Shown: positions 19,072-27,246 of the stretch, piece after piece | Position numbering within the stretch: the first letter of the stretch is position 1 | Layout of the letters: each line of letters opens with the position of its first letter | Virus record (IMG/VR): IMGVR_UViG_3300042402_002641 | Location: 1 to 64,000 of that record | Reading direction: 5' to 3' (one strand) | Length of the DNA stretch: 64,000 nt | Notes under the pieces: model-generated | Databases searched by the model: none | What the model was told of the DNA's origin: nothing | The model's input: the letters and a program-made list of their open reading frames with translations, nothing else | Program-made: the position numbers and the translations under genes

Positions 19072-19622
19072 ATTTTAGATTCCTTTGCTCGATAAAAAAC
19101 GTGTTGACCTATTTGTCCAATTTTTGGTAAATTCCATCTTGGGTTAACGTAGGTGGCATGATAATACAAAGCATCTTTGAGAACAGACAATCTAAATCCT
19201 TCCAAAAGAACTTTCTTAGCGACTTCATAGCTTTCATTGTAGGCTTCCTTGTTTATGGGACGATTTTTATGTGTAGAGTCGCAGTACCATGAGAACTGGC
19301 ATACAACTTTTTCCATAACAACATTTTTTTGGTACACAACTCCGCAGACATCCTTACCAAATACGCCGGCTTGTACACGGTTCAGTGTGACCTGAGCCAC
19401 TGCTACCTTACCTTCGAACGGCTCATAACCTGCTTCGCGATAAATGTTAATGGCTAAACAATCTAACTGTTGCTCTCGAGTTTTGATAGATATCACATCT
19501 TGACTATAATATCCATTTTTCTCTTTGAGACCTAAAAATTTAGTAGCGGTTAAAGTTTGAACCAGCACGACTACTAGAATAAATCCTACGATGTAGGATA
19601 TAATACGAATTGACTTTTCCAT
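19068..19622 (-). CDS. cell wall hydrolase (SleB/Hydrolase_2)
   Basis: CLAINIYREA..VAVAQVTLNRV..QFSW..YYHATYVNPRW..IGQHVFY; N-terminal TM; AGGAGG RBS. Confidence 0.92.
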   Translation of the reverse strand: MEKSIRIISYIVGFILVVVLVQTLTATKFLGLKEKNGYYSQDVISIKTREQQLDCLAINIYREAGYEPFEGKVAVAQVTLNRVQAGVFGKDVCGVVYQKNVVMEKVVCQFSWYCDSTHKNRPINKEAYNESYEVAKKVLLEGFRLSVLKDALYYHATYVNPRWNLPKIGQIGQHVFYRAKESKI

Positions 19623-19624
19623 AA

Positions 19625-19870
19625 GTCCTCCTTTCATTTAGTGTGCGATGTTTTGCACAATACATTAAGGGAGTTAACTTCACGAGGCTCTGAAAGAACC
19701 CTACTTTCGTGTAGTTGTCTCCATTGGACGCACAAGCTCATAACATTGTGTGCCTTTGGCGACCCTTGGCATCCCGAAAATACGGGTTTCTCATTGGCCA
19801 AGACCCGCGGAACCGTTTCAGCTTTTGACATACTTTGGTTCTACTATCTCAGTTTCTTTGCGAAACGTTT
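19625..19870 (-). ncRNA. candidate structured cis-regulatory leader RNA
   Basis: Six or more stems plus a possible pseudoknot in ~245 nt without a credible ORF. Confidence 0.5.
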
Positions 19871-19913
19871 AATATATAGTCGATATTTTGGATTCATAGT
19901 CTTATACTGGTGA

Positions 19914-20309
19914 TTATCGACGCATTTTGGAGATATCTTGTGCTTCTTCATCTGAAAACACAGGCACAGCATTGCTCTTGTGCATTGTAGCGATTCCTTT
20001 AACTTTGGTTCCGGTATAAACAGGACTGGGCTTCAACAGGGCGTTACCGCCAGTGTCGACACTTTTAATGTGTGCAGTAGTGTTTCTACCTTCGGGAATG
20101 GTAAGGCTGTAAGATCCCTTAAGGGGAGCCGCAGCCAATCCAGATCTACGTTTTTTATCTTCAGCCTCGACGGCCCAACGCTTCTGTAGTTCTTTCCACG
20201 ATTCGTCCAATTCTCTAGCCTTTCTAGCATGTTCAGCCGAGGCGAATTTCTTCTTGCCTTTACGCTTGCCTGTGGTTGAAAGCCACGGACCTTCTAAGTG
20301 CATACTCAA
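19914..20309 (-). CDS. conserved T4-like phage hypothetical protein
   Basis: YTGTKVKGIATMHKSNAVPVF motif; GGAGG RBS. Confidence 0.75.
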   Translation of the reverse strand: MSMHLEGPWLSTTGKRKGKKKFASAEHARKARELDESWKELQKRWAVEAEDKKRRSGLAAAPLKGSYSLTIPEGRNTTAHIKSVDTGGNALLKPSPVYTGTKVKGIATMHKSNAVPVFSDEEAQDISKMRR

Positions 20310-20342
20310 AAGAAACCTCCAAACTTGTTAAACTATACAACT

Positions 20343-20371
20343 AGTATAACAGAAGGTTTGGAAGTTGTCAA
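20343..20371 (-). promoter_or_regulatory. sigma70 promoter
   Basis: TTGACA-N17-TATACT. Confidence 0.8.
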
Positions 20372-20378
20372 GTTCAAA

Positions 20379-21275
20379 TTAGATTACAGGAGTATACTCA
20401 ATACCAGTTGTTGCTAACCCTACCAATCCAATTGTAGTTTCAAATGCTGTCAGCTCGCTAGCGGCAACTAAAACATCAGCTTGAGTTAGATTACTAGCAG
20501 TCATCCAATTGGTGTATTCGGCGACCTGTAGCAATGTAGCATCAGTACCAAAGACATTTTTGTAAACGTGTTTGATAAATGTTTCATTACTAACACCACC
20601 TGCGTCTGTTTTATAAACATCTGTAGCTAACAATGCTTCGGCTAATTGTTTGTTTGCCCAACCTGCGTCAGCAAGATGGATACCGACACCTGTATAGGCT
20701 TTGGTAACATCAGTGGTACCTAATGCGGCTGCTAACAAAGCATAGACATCGCCAGCACGACCTGCGGCATCAAACGCAATAGCTTTATCCGTAAACACTA
20801 CACGTTCATGGTCTGCTAGTGTATATGAAACATTAGTAGCTAGTGTGCTAGTGGCTGTGATCTCATCGGCAGCTTTAGCAACTGTGAATTCTGAGCTTGC
20901 GCCTCCGAATGTGTAGGTATCAATTCCGGTAGTACCAGTAACATCAACTTGAACGTCTACTGTTCCATCGCCAACACGGCCTGTACCTACTACACCAAAG
21001 GTAGCAACTTTACCAGCGGCGCCAACTGTGGCAACAGTGACTATTAGATTGTTAGCTGTTGTTCCGCCTAGTGCCGTACCGGCAAGGGTAATTGTATCGC
21101 CTGCAACATAACCTGTGCCTGCGCTGGCTACTAATGAGTCAAGAACAACAGAATATGTTCCGTTGGTTTTTGTAACATCAAATGTGGCACCGTCTCCTGA
21201 ACCGCCTGTTAGGCCTGTAACATTTTGATAGGTTGCGTTAATTGGTTTGTCTTTAATTGTGATTGTTGTTGTCAT
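20379..21275 (-). CDS. S-layer/surface-protein-like protein with DUF4214-like C-terminus
   Basis: T/G/A-rich beta region, ERVVFTDKAIAFD, SNETFIKHVYKNVFG. Confidence 0.7.
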   Translation of the reverse strand: MTTTITIKDKPINATYQNVTGLTGGSGDGATFDVTKTNGTYSVVLDSLVASAGTGYVAGDTITLAGTALGGTTANNLIVTVATVGAAGKVATFGVVGTGRVGDGTVDVQVDVTGTTGIDTYTFGGASSEFTVAKAADEITATSTLATNVSYTLADHERVVFTDKAIAFDAAGRAGDVYALLAAALGTTDVTKAYTGVGIHLADAGWANKQLAEALLATDVYKTDAGGVSNETFIKHVYKNVFGTDATLLQVAEYTNWMTASNLTQADVLVAASELTAFETTIGLVGLATTGIEYTPVI

Positions 21276-21382
21276 ACGTTTTCCTTTTAATGATATGATC
21301 CTACAATTATACGTGAACTATCAAACAGAACATGTGCGTGTACGCACAACTTCGACACAATAATTTAGAAATATTACCAAAA

Positions 21383-21406
21383 ATAAACCCGCCGGAGCGG
21401 GTTTAT
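21383..21406 (-). terminator. rho-independent terminator after ahpD
   Basis: ataaacccgc-cgga-gcgggtttat, U-rich tail on minus strand. Confidence 0.75.
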
Positions 21407-21423
21407 CTATTGTTGCAACTAAA

Positions 21424-21930
21424 TTAACTATTCAATACTTTGGCTACTGAATTCATAACTGCGGCAATGCGGCCAATATCACGTAGGTTCTCTACAGTAT
21501 AACCTTCTTGCTTCAATGTTTCGTAATGTGCTTTAACACAGAAATGACACTTGCCAACAATACTTGCGGCAAGACTAAATGCTTCAAAGTTTGCCTTGGT
21601 AGTTCCACCGTGGCTAGCAATAGCATTCATACGCAGTTGCGCTGGCAAGCCCTTAAGACTAGGATCGTCAGCCATTTCAACGAATGGATACCACACATTG
21701 TTCTGTGCCATAATACTTGCGGCAGTCATTGCTGACTCGGCATGTACTGGAGCATCTGCTAAAATTACTGATAGTATCTTTCCGTTGCCAGTTGCGGCTA
21801 ATGCAGCTACAGCACATCCCAAGGCAACATCAGCATCTAGTGTACTACGTACTAGTACAGCATCAAGATTTAACTTAGTGTCCTTTGCGTAATCTGGTAA
21901 TGCGCCTTTTACTGTGTCAATAAAACTCAT
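21424..21930 (-). CDS. ahpD: alkyl hydroperoxide reductase AhpD
   Basis: LPDYAKDTKLNL, MAQNNVWY, GKCHFCVKAH. Confidence 0.92.
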   Translation of the reverse strand: MSFIDTVKGALPDYAKDTKLNLDAVLVRSTLDADVALGCAVAALAATGNGKILSVILADAPVHAESAMTAASIMAQNNVWYPFVEMADDPSLKGLPAQLRMNAIASHGGTTKANFEAFSLAASIVGKCHFCVKAHYETLKQEGYTVENLRDIGRIAAVMNSVAKVLNS

Positions 21931-22340
21931 CGTGTCTGTTCTCCTAAAATCTTATAACCACGGCCTGTAGGATGAACGCCGTCGGCACTCATATGATTCT
22001 TTGGCCTAGGCAATATTGTATCGCCGTATTCCTTGGCAATGCGAACGATTGCATCGTGTGGAACGGGTTTACGATCTTGTCCAGGGTCAATCCAAAATAC
22101 TCGATCACCTTTAATGGCTTGTCGCATTTTACGAAGTTCCGCCTCTGTCTTGACACCTTTGTGGTCATTGGCGCCAAGACTAATGATTATAGTTCGAGCA
22201 GGTTGAGCAGAGGCTTTGGCCAAGTAGTCCTTGTTCCATTGCCACGAGTTCCAACCACCTTTTGCGTAAGCGACACATTCTGGACGAGCCATGGCGGTAC
22301 CTACTGCTATGCTATCTCCTACTATTAGGCAGTCTAACAT
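21927..22340 (-). CDS. SGNH/GDSL hydrolase
   Basis: GDSI, LGAND, DGVHP; TAATG overlap with ahpC stop. Confidence 0.85.
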   Translation of the reverse strand: MLDCLIVGDSIAVGTAMARPECVAYAKGGWNSWQWNKDYLAKASAQPARTIIISLGANDHKGVKTEAELRKMRQAIKGDRVFWIDPGQDRKPVPHDAIVRIAKEYGDTILPRPKNHMSADGVHPTGRGYKILGEQTR

Positions 22341-22879
22341 TACAATGTCTCGCCGCCGACTGTACGATTGCAAGCACATAGTTCGCCAGTTTGTAGCGCA
22401 TCTAATACACGAAGTGTCTCTTCTGGGCTACGGCCAACGTTCAAGTTGTTAACTGTCACGTGTTGAATAACGTTGTCTGGGTCAACGATGAATGTAGCAC
22501 GAAGGGCTGCACCTGCCGGAGCATAGAATACGCCCAACTGCTCGATCAAACTCATTTCACCACGTTGGGTGTCAGCGAATTGATTGTGTGTGATTTTCTT
22601 TAGATCAGCATGGGCGTTCTGCCAGCTAACTTTGCAGAACTCGTTGTCTGTGCTGCCTGTTAGCAATACTGCATCACGGTCGGCAAAGTCACCTGCTAGT
22701 TTGTCGTAGGCTACAATTTCTGTAGGGCATACGAATGTAAAATCTTTTGGATAGTAGACAATTACTTTCCACTTGCCTTCAAAACTTTGATCTGTAATTG
22801 TATAGAATGCGTCTTCTGGTTGTCCTGGGCGAACACCTGTTACTGCGAATGGGGCTAATTTATCACCAACTGTTTTCAT
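22340..22879 (-). CDS. ahpC: peroxiredoxin AhpC
   Basis: YPKDFTFVCPTE, GRSPEETLR, ELCAC. Confidence 0.95.
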   Translation of the reverse strand: MKTVGDKLAPFAVTGVRPGQPEDAFYTITDQSFEGKWKVIVYYPKDFTFVCPTEIVAYDKLAGDFADRDAVLLTGSTDNEFCKVSWQNAHADLKKITHNQFADTQRGEMSLIEQLGVFYAPAGAALRATFIVDPDNVIQHVTVNNLNVGRSPEETLRVLDALQTGELCACNRTVGGETL

Positions 22880-22933
22880 ATCTTCTCCTTGTGTGTGTTG
22901 AAAACTAATAACAATCTGTTATTGTATACGTAC

Positions 22934-23011
22934 ATTATATATCCTATTGATCTACAAAATCAATAGGTTTTGTCTAAATATTTTTTTATAGGGTCAATAG
23001 ATTTTTTCAAT
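22934..23011 (-). promoter_or_regulatory. ahpC promoter with OxyR-like boxes
   Basis: TTGATT-N18-TATAAT; ATAG-N7-CTAA (22963) and ATAG-N7-CAAT (22997). Confidence 0.5.
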
Positions 23012-23014
23012 ATC

Positions 23015-23035
23015 AAAAAAGGACCTTAGGTCCTT
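23015..23035 (-). terminator. rho-independent terminator
   Basis: aaggacc-tta-ggtcctt followed by T-run on minus strand. Confidence 0.7.
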
Positions 23036-23055
23036 CTGCATATTTGCGTTAGATT

Positions 23056-23676
23056 TCATATTACTTTCACTGCTATGTCGTTCGCTGAGTAATCCTGTAT
23101 GTATTCAATCGGAGGGCATTTAATTTTCAAAAGACTGGCCAACAATCTATTTGTTTGTGGCTCAATTCCACTGTAACTGTGCCATGCCTGCACTAAACCT
23201 TTGTTTTGTTGAGTAATTTGGTCGGCCATGTGATTGAAATCTCGATAATATCTATTGTAATCTGGATAGGTGATGTTAAATCCGCCACAGCGCACCCACC
23301 AACCCAGACAAGCGTCATCTCCACGATGCACCAATATAATCGGCGAATCTGGCCAGGTCTGTTTTAAAAATCCTATGTGATAAGTGAACATGTGACTTTT
23401 GATTATTCGTACGCCTGTACCACTGAAAGGGCGATCAAATTCGTCTTCGCATTGATCTTTGGTGTAGTGATCCAACCGATCAAACCACGAACCAAATTCC
23501 ATGCCAGGATCAAAATAGCTGCCCAGATGCATGGGCTGACCAGCATAGGCTCCTGGATGGGCGTAGCTTCGTTGGGAGCTGTCATCGGATCTATCAATGT
23601 CAGAACTATAATAAATGTTTTTAACTACCGAGCTCCACTTGGAACCCGGTGCTCCGGCTACGAAAATATATTTCAA
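23056..23676 (-). CDS. sulfotransferase-like/P-loop-fold protein
   Basis: IFVAGAPGSKWSS loop, IIKSH, IILVHR resemble the sulfotransferase fold. Confidence 0.5.
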   Translation of the reverse strand: MKYIFVAGAPGSKWSSVVKNIYYSSDIDRSDDSSQRSYAHPGAYAGQPMHLGSYFDPGMEFGSWFDRLDHYTKDQCEDEFDRPFSGTGVRIIKSHMFTYHIGFLKQTWPDSPIILVHRGDDACLGWWVRCGGFNITYPDYNRYYRDFNHMADQITQQNKGLVQAWHSYSGIEPQTNRLLASLLKIKCPPIEYIQDYSANDIAVKVI

Positions 23677-24648
23677 TTATTTCTCTATTTTGATGTTTTT
23701 AGCTATAGGTGCAAAGGCTGTACGCAATTCTTCGGCGTAGGCCATGACACCACGTGGGTTAAGTTCATCTCGATCTATAATTATATAGTTCTGTTCTGCC
23801 CAGTCTTGATATTCTTTGCTTAGTATTGCTTTACTGAACTTGTCCACATACCAGTCCACAATGGTGTTTGGGGTTTGTGGTGGTAATACAACTATCCAGC
23901 CAGCATAAACTTTGAGTCCTGGAATTATATCGCTGAGCAATGGTACATTTGGTAATGCTTTTAGTTTGGGACCACCAGTGAGACCAATGGGCTTGACTTT
24001 GCCAGCTTCGATCAAGGGTTTGGCAATGGCAACGGGCATGATGCCAAATTCTGTGCCGGATTTGCCATCATAACTGGCCACACTAATCACAGCCGGCAAT
24101 GGGCCATTGAAGGCCACGCTTTGTATCTGCCGAGGATCTGCCTTGGTGCGGTGTATGATGTATTCATAGGCCATTCTATGTGCGCCGCCACCTACAGCAA
24201 TGTTAATAGGACTCCCATTGGTGATATATTTCACAAACTCTTGTGGTGTGTTAACTGAGCTTTTACTAGATGCTACTAATACCAAGGGACTTTTACCCAA
24301 AGTCACAGCAGGCTTGAAGCTGTTGTATTCAAATTTCTTTGCGTCTCGCTGCCAGATATCATTGGTTACAAATAGACTCATATGACTGGGCACCAGGAGA
24401 TGCAAGCCATCGCTGGGCGCTGTCATGAAACCATTGCTGGCTATAGTAGCATCAGCACCAGGTCGTGTTTCCACAATGAACGTGATGCCAGGATTTTGTC
24501 GTGCAACTATATCGCTGGCCTTGCGGAAGCTGATTTCATTACCACTTCCAGAAGCAAATCCAATGGTGGTGGTTATGGACTTGTTAGGTGTCCATTGTGC
24601 CCAGGCCAAGGTGGGCATAATCAATAAGGCCAGCAATAATTTTTTCAT
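23677..24648 (-). CDS. Bug/TctC tripartite tricarboxylate transporter substrate-binding protein
   Basis: Signal peptide; IVETRPGADATIA, APSDG, GKVKPIG, LPNVP. Confidence 0.85.
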   Translation of the reverse strand: MKKLLLALLIMPTLAWAQWTPNKSITTTIGFASGSGNEISFRKASDIVARQNPGITFIVETRPGADATIASNGFMTAPSDGLHLLVPSHMSLFVTNDIWQRDAKKFEYNSFKPAVTLGKSPLVLVASSKSSVNTPQEFVKYITNGSPINIAVGGGAHRMAYEYIIHRTKADPRQIQSVAFNGPLPAVISVASYDGKSGTEFGIMPVAIAKPLIEAGKVKPIGLTGGPKLKALPNVPLLSDIIPGLKVYAGWIVVLPPQTPNTIVDWYVDKFSKAILSKEYQDWAEQNYIIIDRDELNPRGVMAYAEELRTAFAPIAKNIKIEK

Positions 24649-24735
24649 AAATGTTCCTTTGTATAAATATTTGTAGACATAGCAAAAATTTTTGCTATTT
24701 TTGTAAATTTATTTATCAATCTCGGAAAATTTCTA

Positions 24736-25476
24736 ATGAATACTAAAATTTTTGCACTAATTAAGAAAAATTTGGACACTGCTTTTGCCTTGCCCAAATA
24801 CAGCTCTGTGCGAGACAGCATTGGCCCAGATACCATAGTTGAGGATCTACCTTGGACTCCGGTACGATACCGAAAGTTCAAAGATACTGTAGAAGCTGAA
24901 CTAGGGTTACCTTGTGAATATCGTGGCACATTAGCACGTATAGTAGAAGACCTCAGCGAACGTTATATAAAACGATTTTTCTCAGAAATTTGGAAACCTC
25001 GTACAGGAGAATACGATCATTCAGGTTGGGCATTAGCAGAAGAAATTGCCAAACAGAATCCTAAAAATGTGCTAGACGTGGGTTGCGGTTATCATCCGTT
25101 TAAAGGACGTATTCCTAACCTAATTGGCATTGATCCGTATAATAACTGCGCAGATTATGAAGTCGATATTCTAGACTACAAAGTTCGACCTGAGACACAC
25201 GATCACATAATAGCATTAGGATCGATTAATTTCAACAGCAAAGATGACATAGAAAAACGGTTTTCTCACTGCGTAAATTTATTGGCTCCTAATGGTAAAT
25301 TCTATTTGCGAGCCAATCCGGGTATTCCGCATAAAACAGGACCGTATGTTGATATATTCCCATGGACATTTGAAATAGTCAATGAGTTCGCAGAACGCTA
25401 CAATCTTAAATTGATAGAATTCAAACGTGAACCTGCTGAACTAGGTCGACTGTTTTTTGTCTATCAAAAATCTTAA
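24736..25476 (+). CDS. class I SAM-dependent methyltransferase with N-terminal extra domain
   Basis: VLDVGCG, GIDP. Confidence 0.8.
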   Translation: MNTKIFALIKKNLDTAFALPKYSSVRDSIGPDTIVEDLPWTPVRYRKFKDTVEAELGLPCEYRGTLARIVEDLSERYIKRFFSEIWKPRTGEYDHSGWALAEEIAKQNPKNVLDVGCGYHPFKGRIPNLIGIDPYNNCADYEVDILDYKVRPETHDHIIALGSINFNSKDDIEKRFSHCVNLLAPNGKFYLRANPGIPHKTGPYVDIFPWTFEIVNEFAERYNLKLIEFKREPAELGRLFFVYQKS

Positions 25477-25685
25477 GGAAGGTCGCTGCGACCCCAACCA
25501 ATATTATTCCAAACTCTTTCATGAATAAAGTACAGGATTGTATTGCACACTAATTGTATTGCAGCGATAATACCGGAGACTGTAAAGTTACCCGATATGC
25601 TATAGGCAATTATAAATGTCGCACCGGATCCTGTGATTCTCCAAGATATAGTTTTTACAAGACTACGTCTAGCAGTATCACTCAA
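25473..25685 (-). CDS. DUF2061-type membrane protein
   Basis: RSLVKTISWR..LYFIHERVW. Confidence 0.85.
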   Translation of the reverse strand: MSDTARRSLVKTISWRITGSGATFIIAYSISGNFTVSGIIAAIQLVCNTILYFIHERVWNNIGWGRSDLP

Positions 25686-26538
25686 GTCCTAAATCCTTGC
25701 GAATTTTTGTAGCACTAATATCTGTTACTGTTTCGTCGAATGATTCTTCACCTGAAGTATATCCTACTCCACGACCCCATCCAATATGCACAATATTAGG
25801 AACTACTTGAATCTCATATTGTCCTTGATATATAGGATCTAAATCACGTTTGATAAATGATTTTACCTGTTCAATAGCAAATGGATTGCTACCTTGCCAG
25901 CCTTGCACATCTCGAACTTGAATGACTACTTGGCCGGTTTTTGCTATTAAGCGTTCGAACAATGCACGATGTCCATCATGCCAAGGTTGCCAGCGACCTA
26001 ACATCTGCACAGTTTCTTTTTGCCAATCAAATGCAGGACGTCTACGATTGGTCAATATGTGATCTCCGATAAATTCTGCCCACTTTTCTGCATTTTGTTC
26101 AGTAACTCGGAAATCATAAACTTCTGGTTCAACGAATGCTGCATTAGTATCAGCATATCGGCTTTCACGGATAGTATCCACCCAAATTGTCCAATCTGCT
26201 TTAAAGTTATTACGCATTTCAACCAATGGTGCGACAAAATCACAGATAACATATTCACCCGAACATTCTAAAGAAAACTGGAGCATGCGCAGACTCTGGC
26301 GAATTCTACCTTCTTTTGAAAAATCCCAATCGTTGAATTTTCTACGAACATCGTCGGCATTGAACCAATCTACTCCTATCTTGAAAAACTCAGGACCCGG
26401 AATACCTTCATAGTTAGATATTTTTTGGGGATTAATTTTCATTAAATCACCATTTGTTTCTAAATAATTTTTTAGAGCCTGTGCAAGATATGTTTTACCG
26501 CTGCCGGGCAATCCCATTATTAAAATCCTAGATGGCAT
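25678..26538 (-). CDS. APS-kinase-like domain fused to HxGH nucleotidyltransferase domain
   Basis: GLPGSGKT, NADDVRR, DFSKEGRIRQ; C-terminal GRWQPWHDGH and ISATKIR. Confidence 0.8.
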   Translation of the reverse strand: MPSRILIMGLPGSGKTYLAQALKNYLETNGDLMKINPQKISNYEGIPGPEFFKIGVDWFNADDVRRKFNDWDFSKEGRIRQSLRMLQFSLECSGEYVICDFVAPLVEMRNNFKADWTIWVDTIRESRYADTNAAFVEPEVYDFRVTEQNAEKWAEFIGDHILTNRRRPAFDWQKETVQMLGRWQPWHDGHRALFERLIAKTGQVVIQVRDVQGWQGSNPFAIEQVKSFIKRDLDPIYQGQYEIQVVPNIVHIGWGRGVGYTSGEESFDETVTDISATKIRKDLGLE

Positions 26539-26588
26539 AATATTTCCTTTAAACTTATAATATATAGCTAAAAATTTTAGGTAATCAT

Positions 26589-26617
26589 AAAAAAAGACTA
26601 CCGAAGTAGTCTTTTTT
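26589..26617 (-). terminator. terminator of the cspA-tmRNA transcript
   Basis: aaaaaagactac-cgaa-gtagtctttttt (UUCG loop on minus strand). Confidence 0.85.
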
Positions 26618-26998
26618 GGTTGTTTTGTTTACAAGGTATTTCCTACCCCGGACCTGCTGTTTTTTAGGCAGCTAGAGCAAATCTGCTTTCATTAGCAGCA
26701 CCGCGAACGGTGTTACCAGTGAAGCTCATTGCGCTAAAGTCGAATGTATCTGCGTTTGCATTTACGAGTTTTGCTTGATTTACGGTCATCGCCTACCGTG
26801 TTGCCGTCTCTATTATCTCACCCTGTCGAAACCATGGCAGGCCCATCATAAAAGGACTAGAGCAAATACTACAGTAACAATAATAAAGCCAACTAATGTG
26901 CTATATTCGTTATCCATACTAATCTCCTTATGGTGGACCTGGCGGGAGTCGAACCCGCGTCCAGAATGCCTTCACTTTGAAGGGATTACAACAATTTC
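26618..26998 (-). ncRNA. ssrA: tmRNA, circularly permuted two-piece form: acceptor piece ~26998-26931, coding piece 26844-~26618
   Basis: T-arm GCGGG-TTCGACT-CCCGC and CAGGTCC-A-CCA lie upstream of 5' GGGCCTG..TTCGAC; 7-bp acceptor stem with G3:U70; tag ORF 26759-26664 ends FALAA*. Confidence 0.92.
26846..26917 (-). CDS. 23-aa hydrophobic peptide inside the tmRNA intervening segment
   Basis: TAAGGAG RBS 6 nt upstream; MDNEYSTLVGFIIVTVVFALVLL*. Confidence 0.65.
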   Translation of the reverse strand: MDNEYSTLVGFIIVTVVFALVLL

Positions 26999-27202
26999 TT
27001 AGGCGGGCTGAATATTACTAGCCTGCTGTCCTTTCTGACCCTGAGTTACTTCAAACCTTACACTCTGTCCTTCTTGTAGGCTCTTGAAGCCACTCGAATT
27101 AATCTGTGAAAAGTGAGCAAATAAGTCTGCGCCACCATCGTCCGGAGTAATGAATCCAAAACCTTTGGCGTCGTTAAACCATTTTACTTTTCCTGTTACC
27201 AT
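26999..27202 (-). CDS. cspA: cold shock protein
   Basis: [19 protein letters not shown]. Confidence 0.96.
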   Translation of the reverse strand: MVTGKVKWFNDAKGFGFITPDDGGADLFAHFSQINSSGFKSLQEGQSVRFEVTQGQKGQQASNIQPA

Positions 27203-27246
27203 TTTACTTAATTTCCTTGTTGTTAAAAAGATGCTGTCTCTGTGTG

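Noticed and set aside
19660-19730. Canonical c-di-AMP (ydaO) riboswitch call
   Set aside because: Only partial resemblance (UAGGG..UAACUCC); the 5' conserved elements are not evident, so it is left as an unknown leader
19634-19913. ORFs 19634-19831 (-) and 19641-19913 (+)
   Set aside because: No RBS or recognisable motif; dense base-pairing is better explained by a structured RNA
26931-26975. Stand-alone tRNA or attachment-site fragment
   Set aside because: No anticodon arm; it pairs with the downstream GGGCCUG as the acceptor piece of a permuted tmRNA
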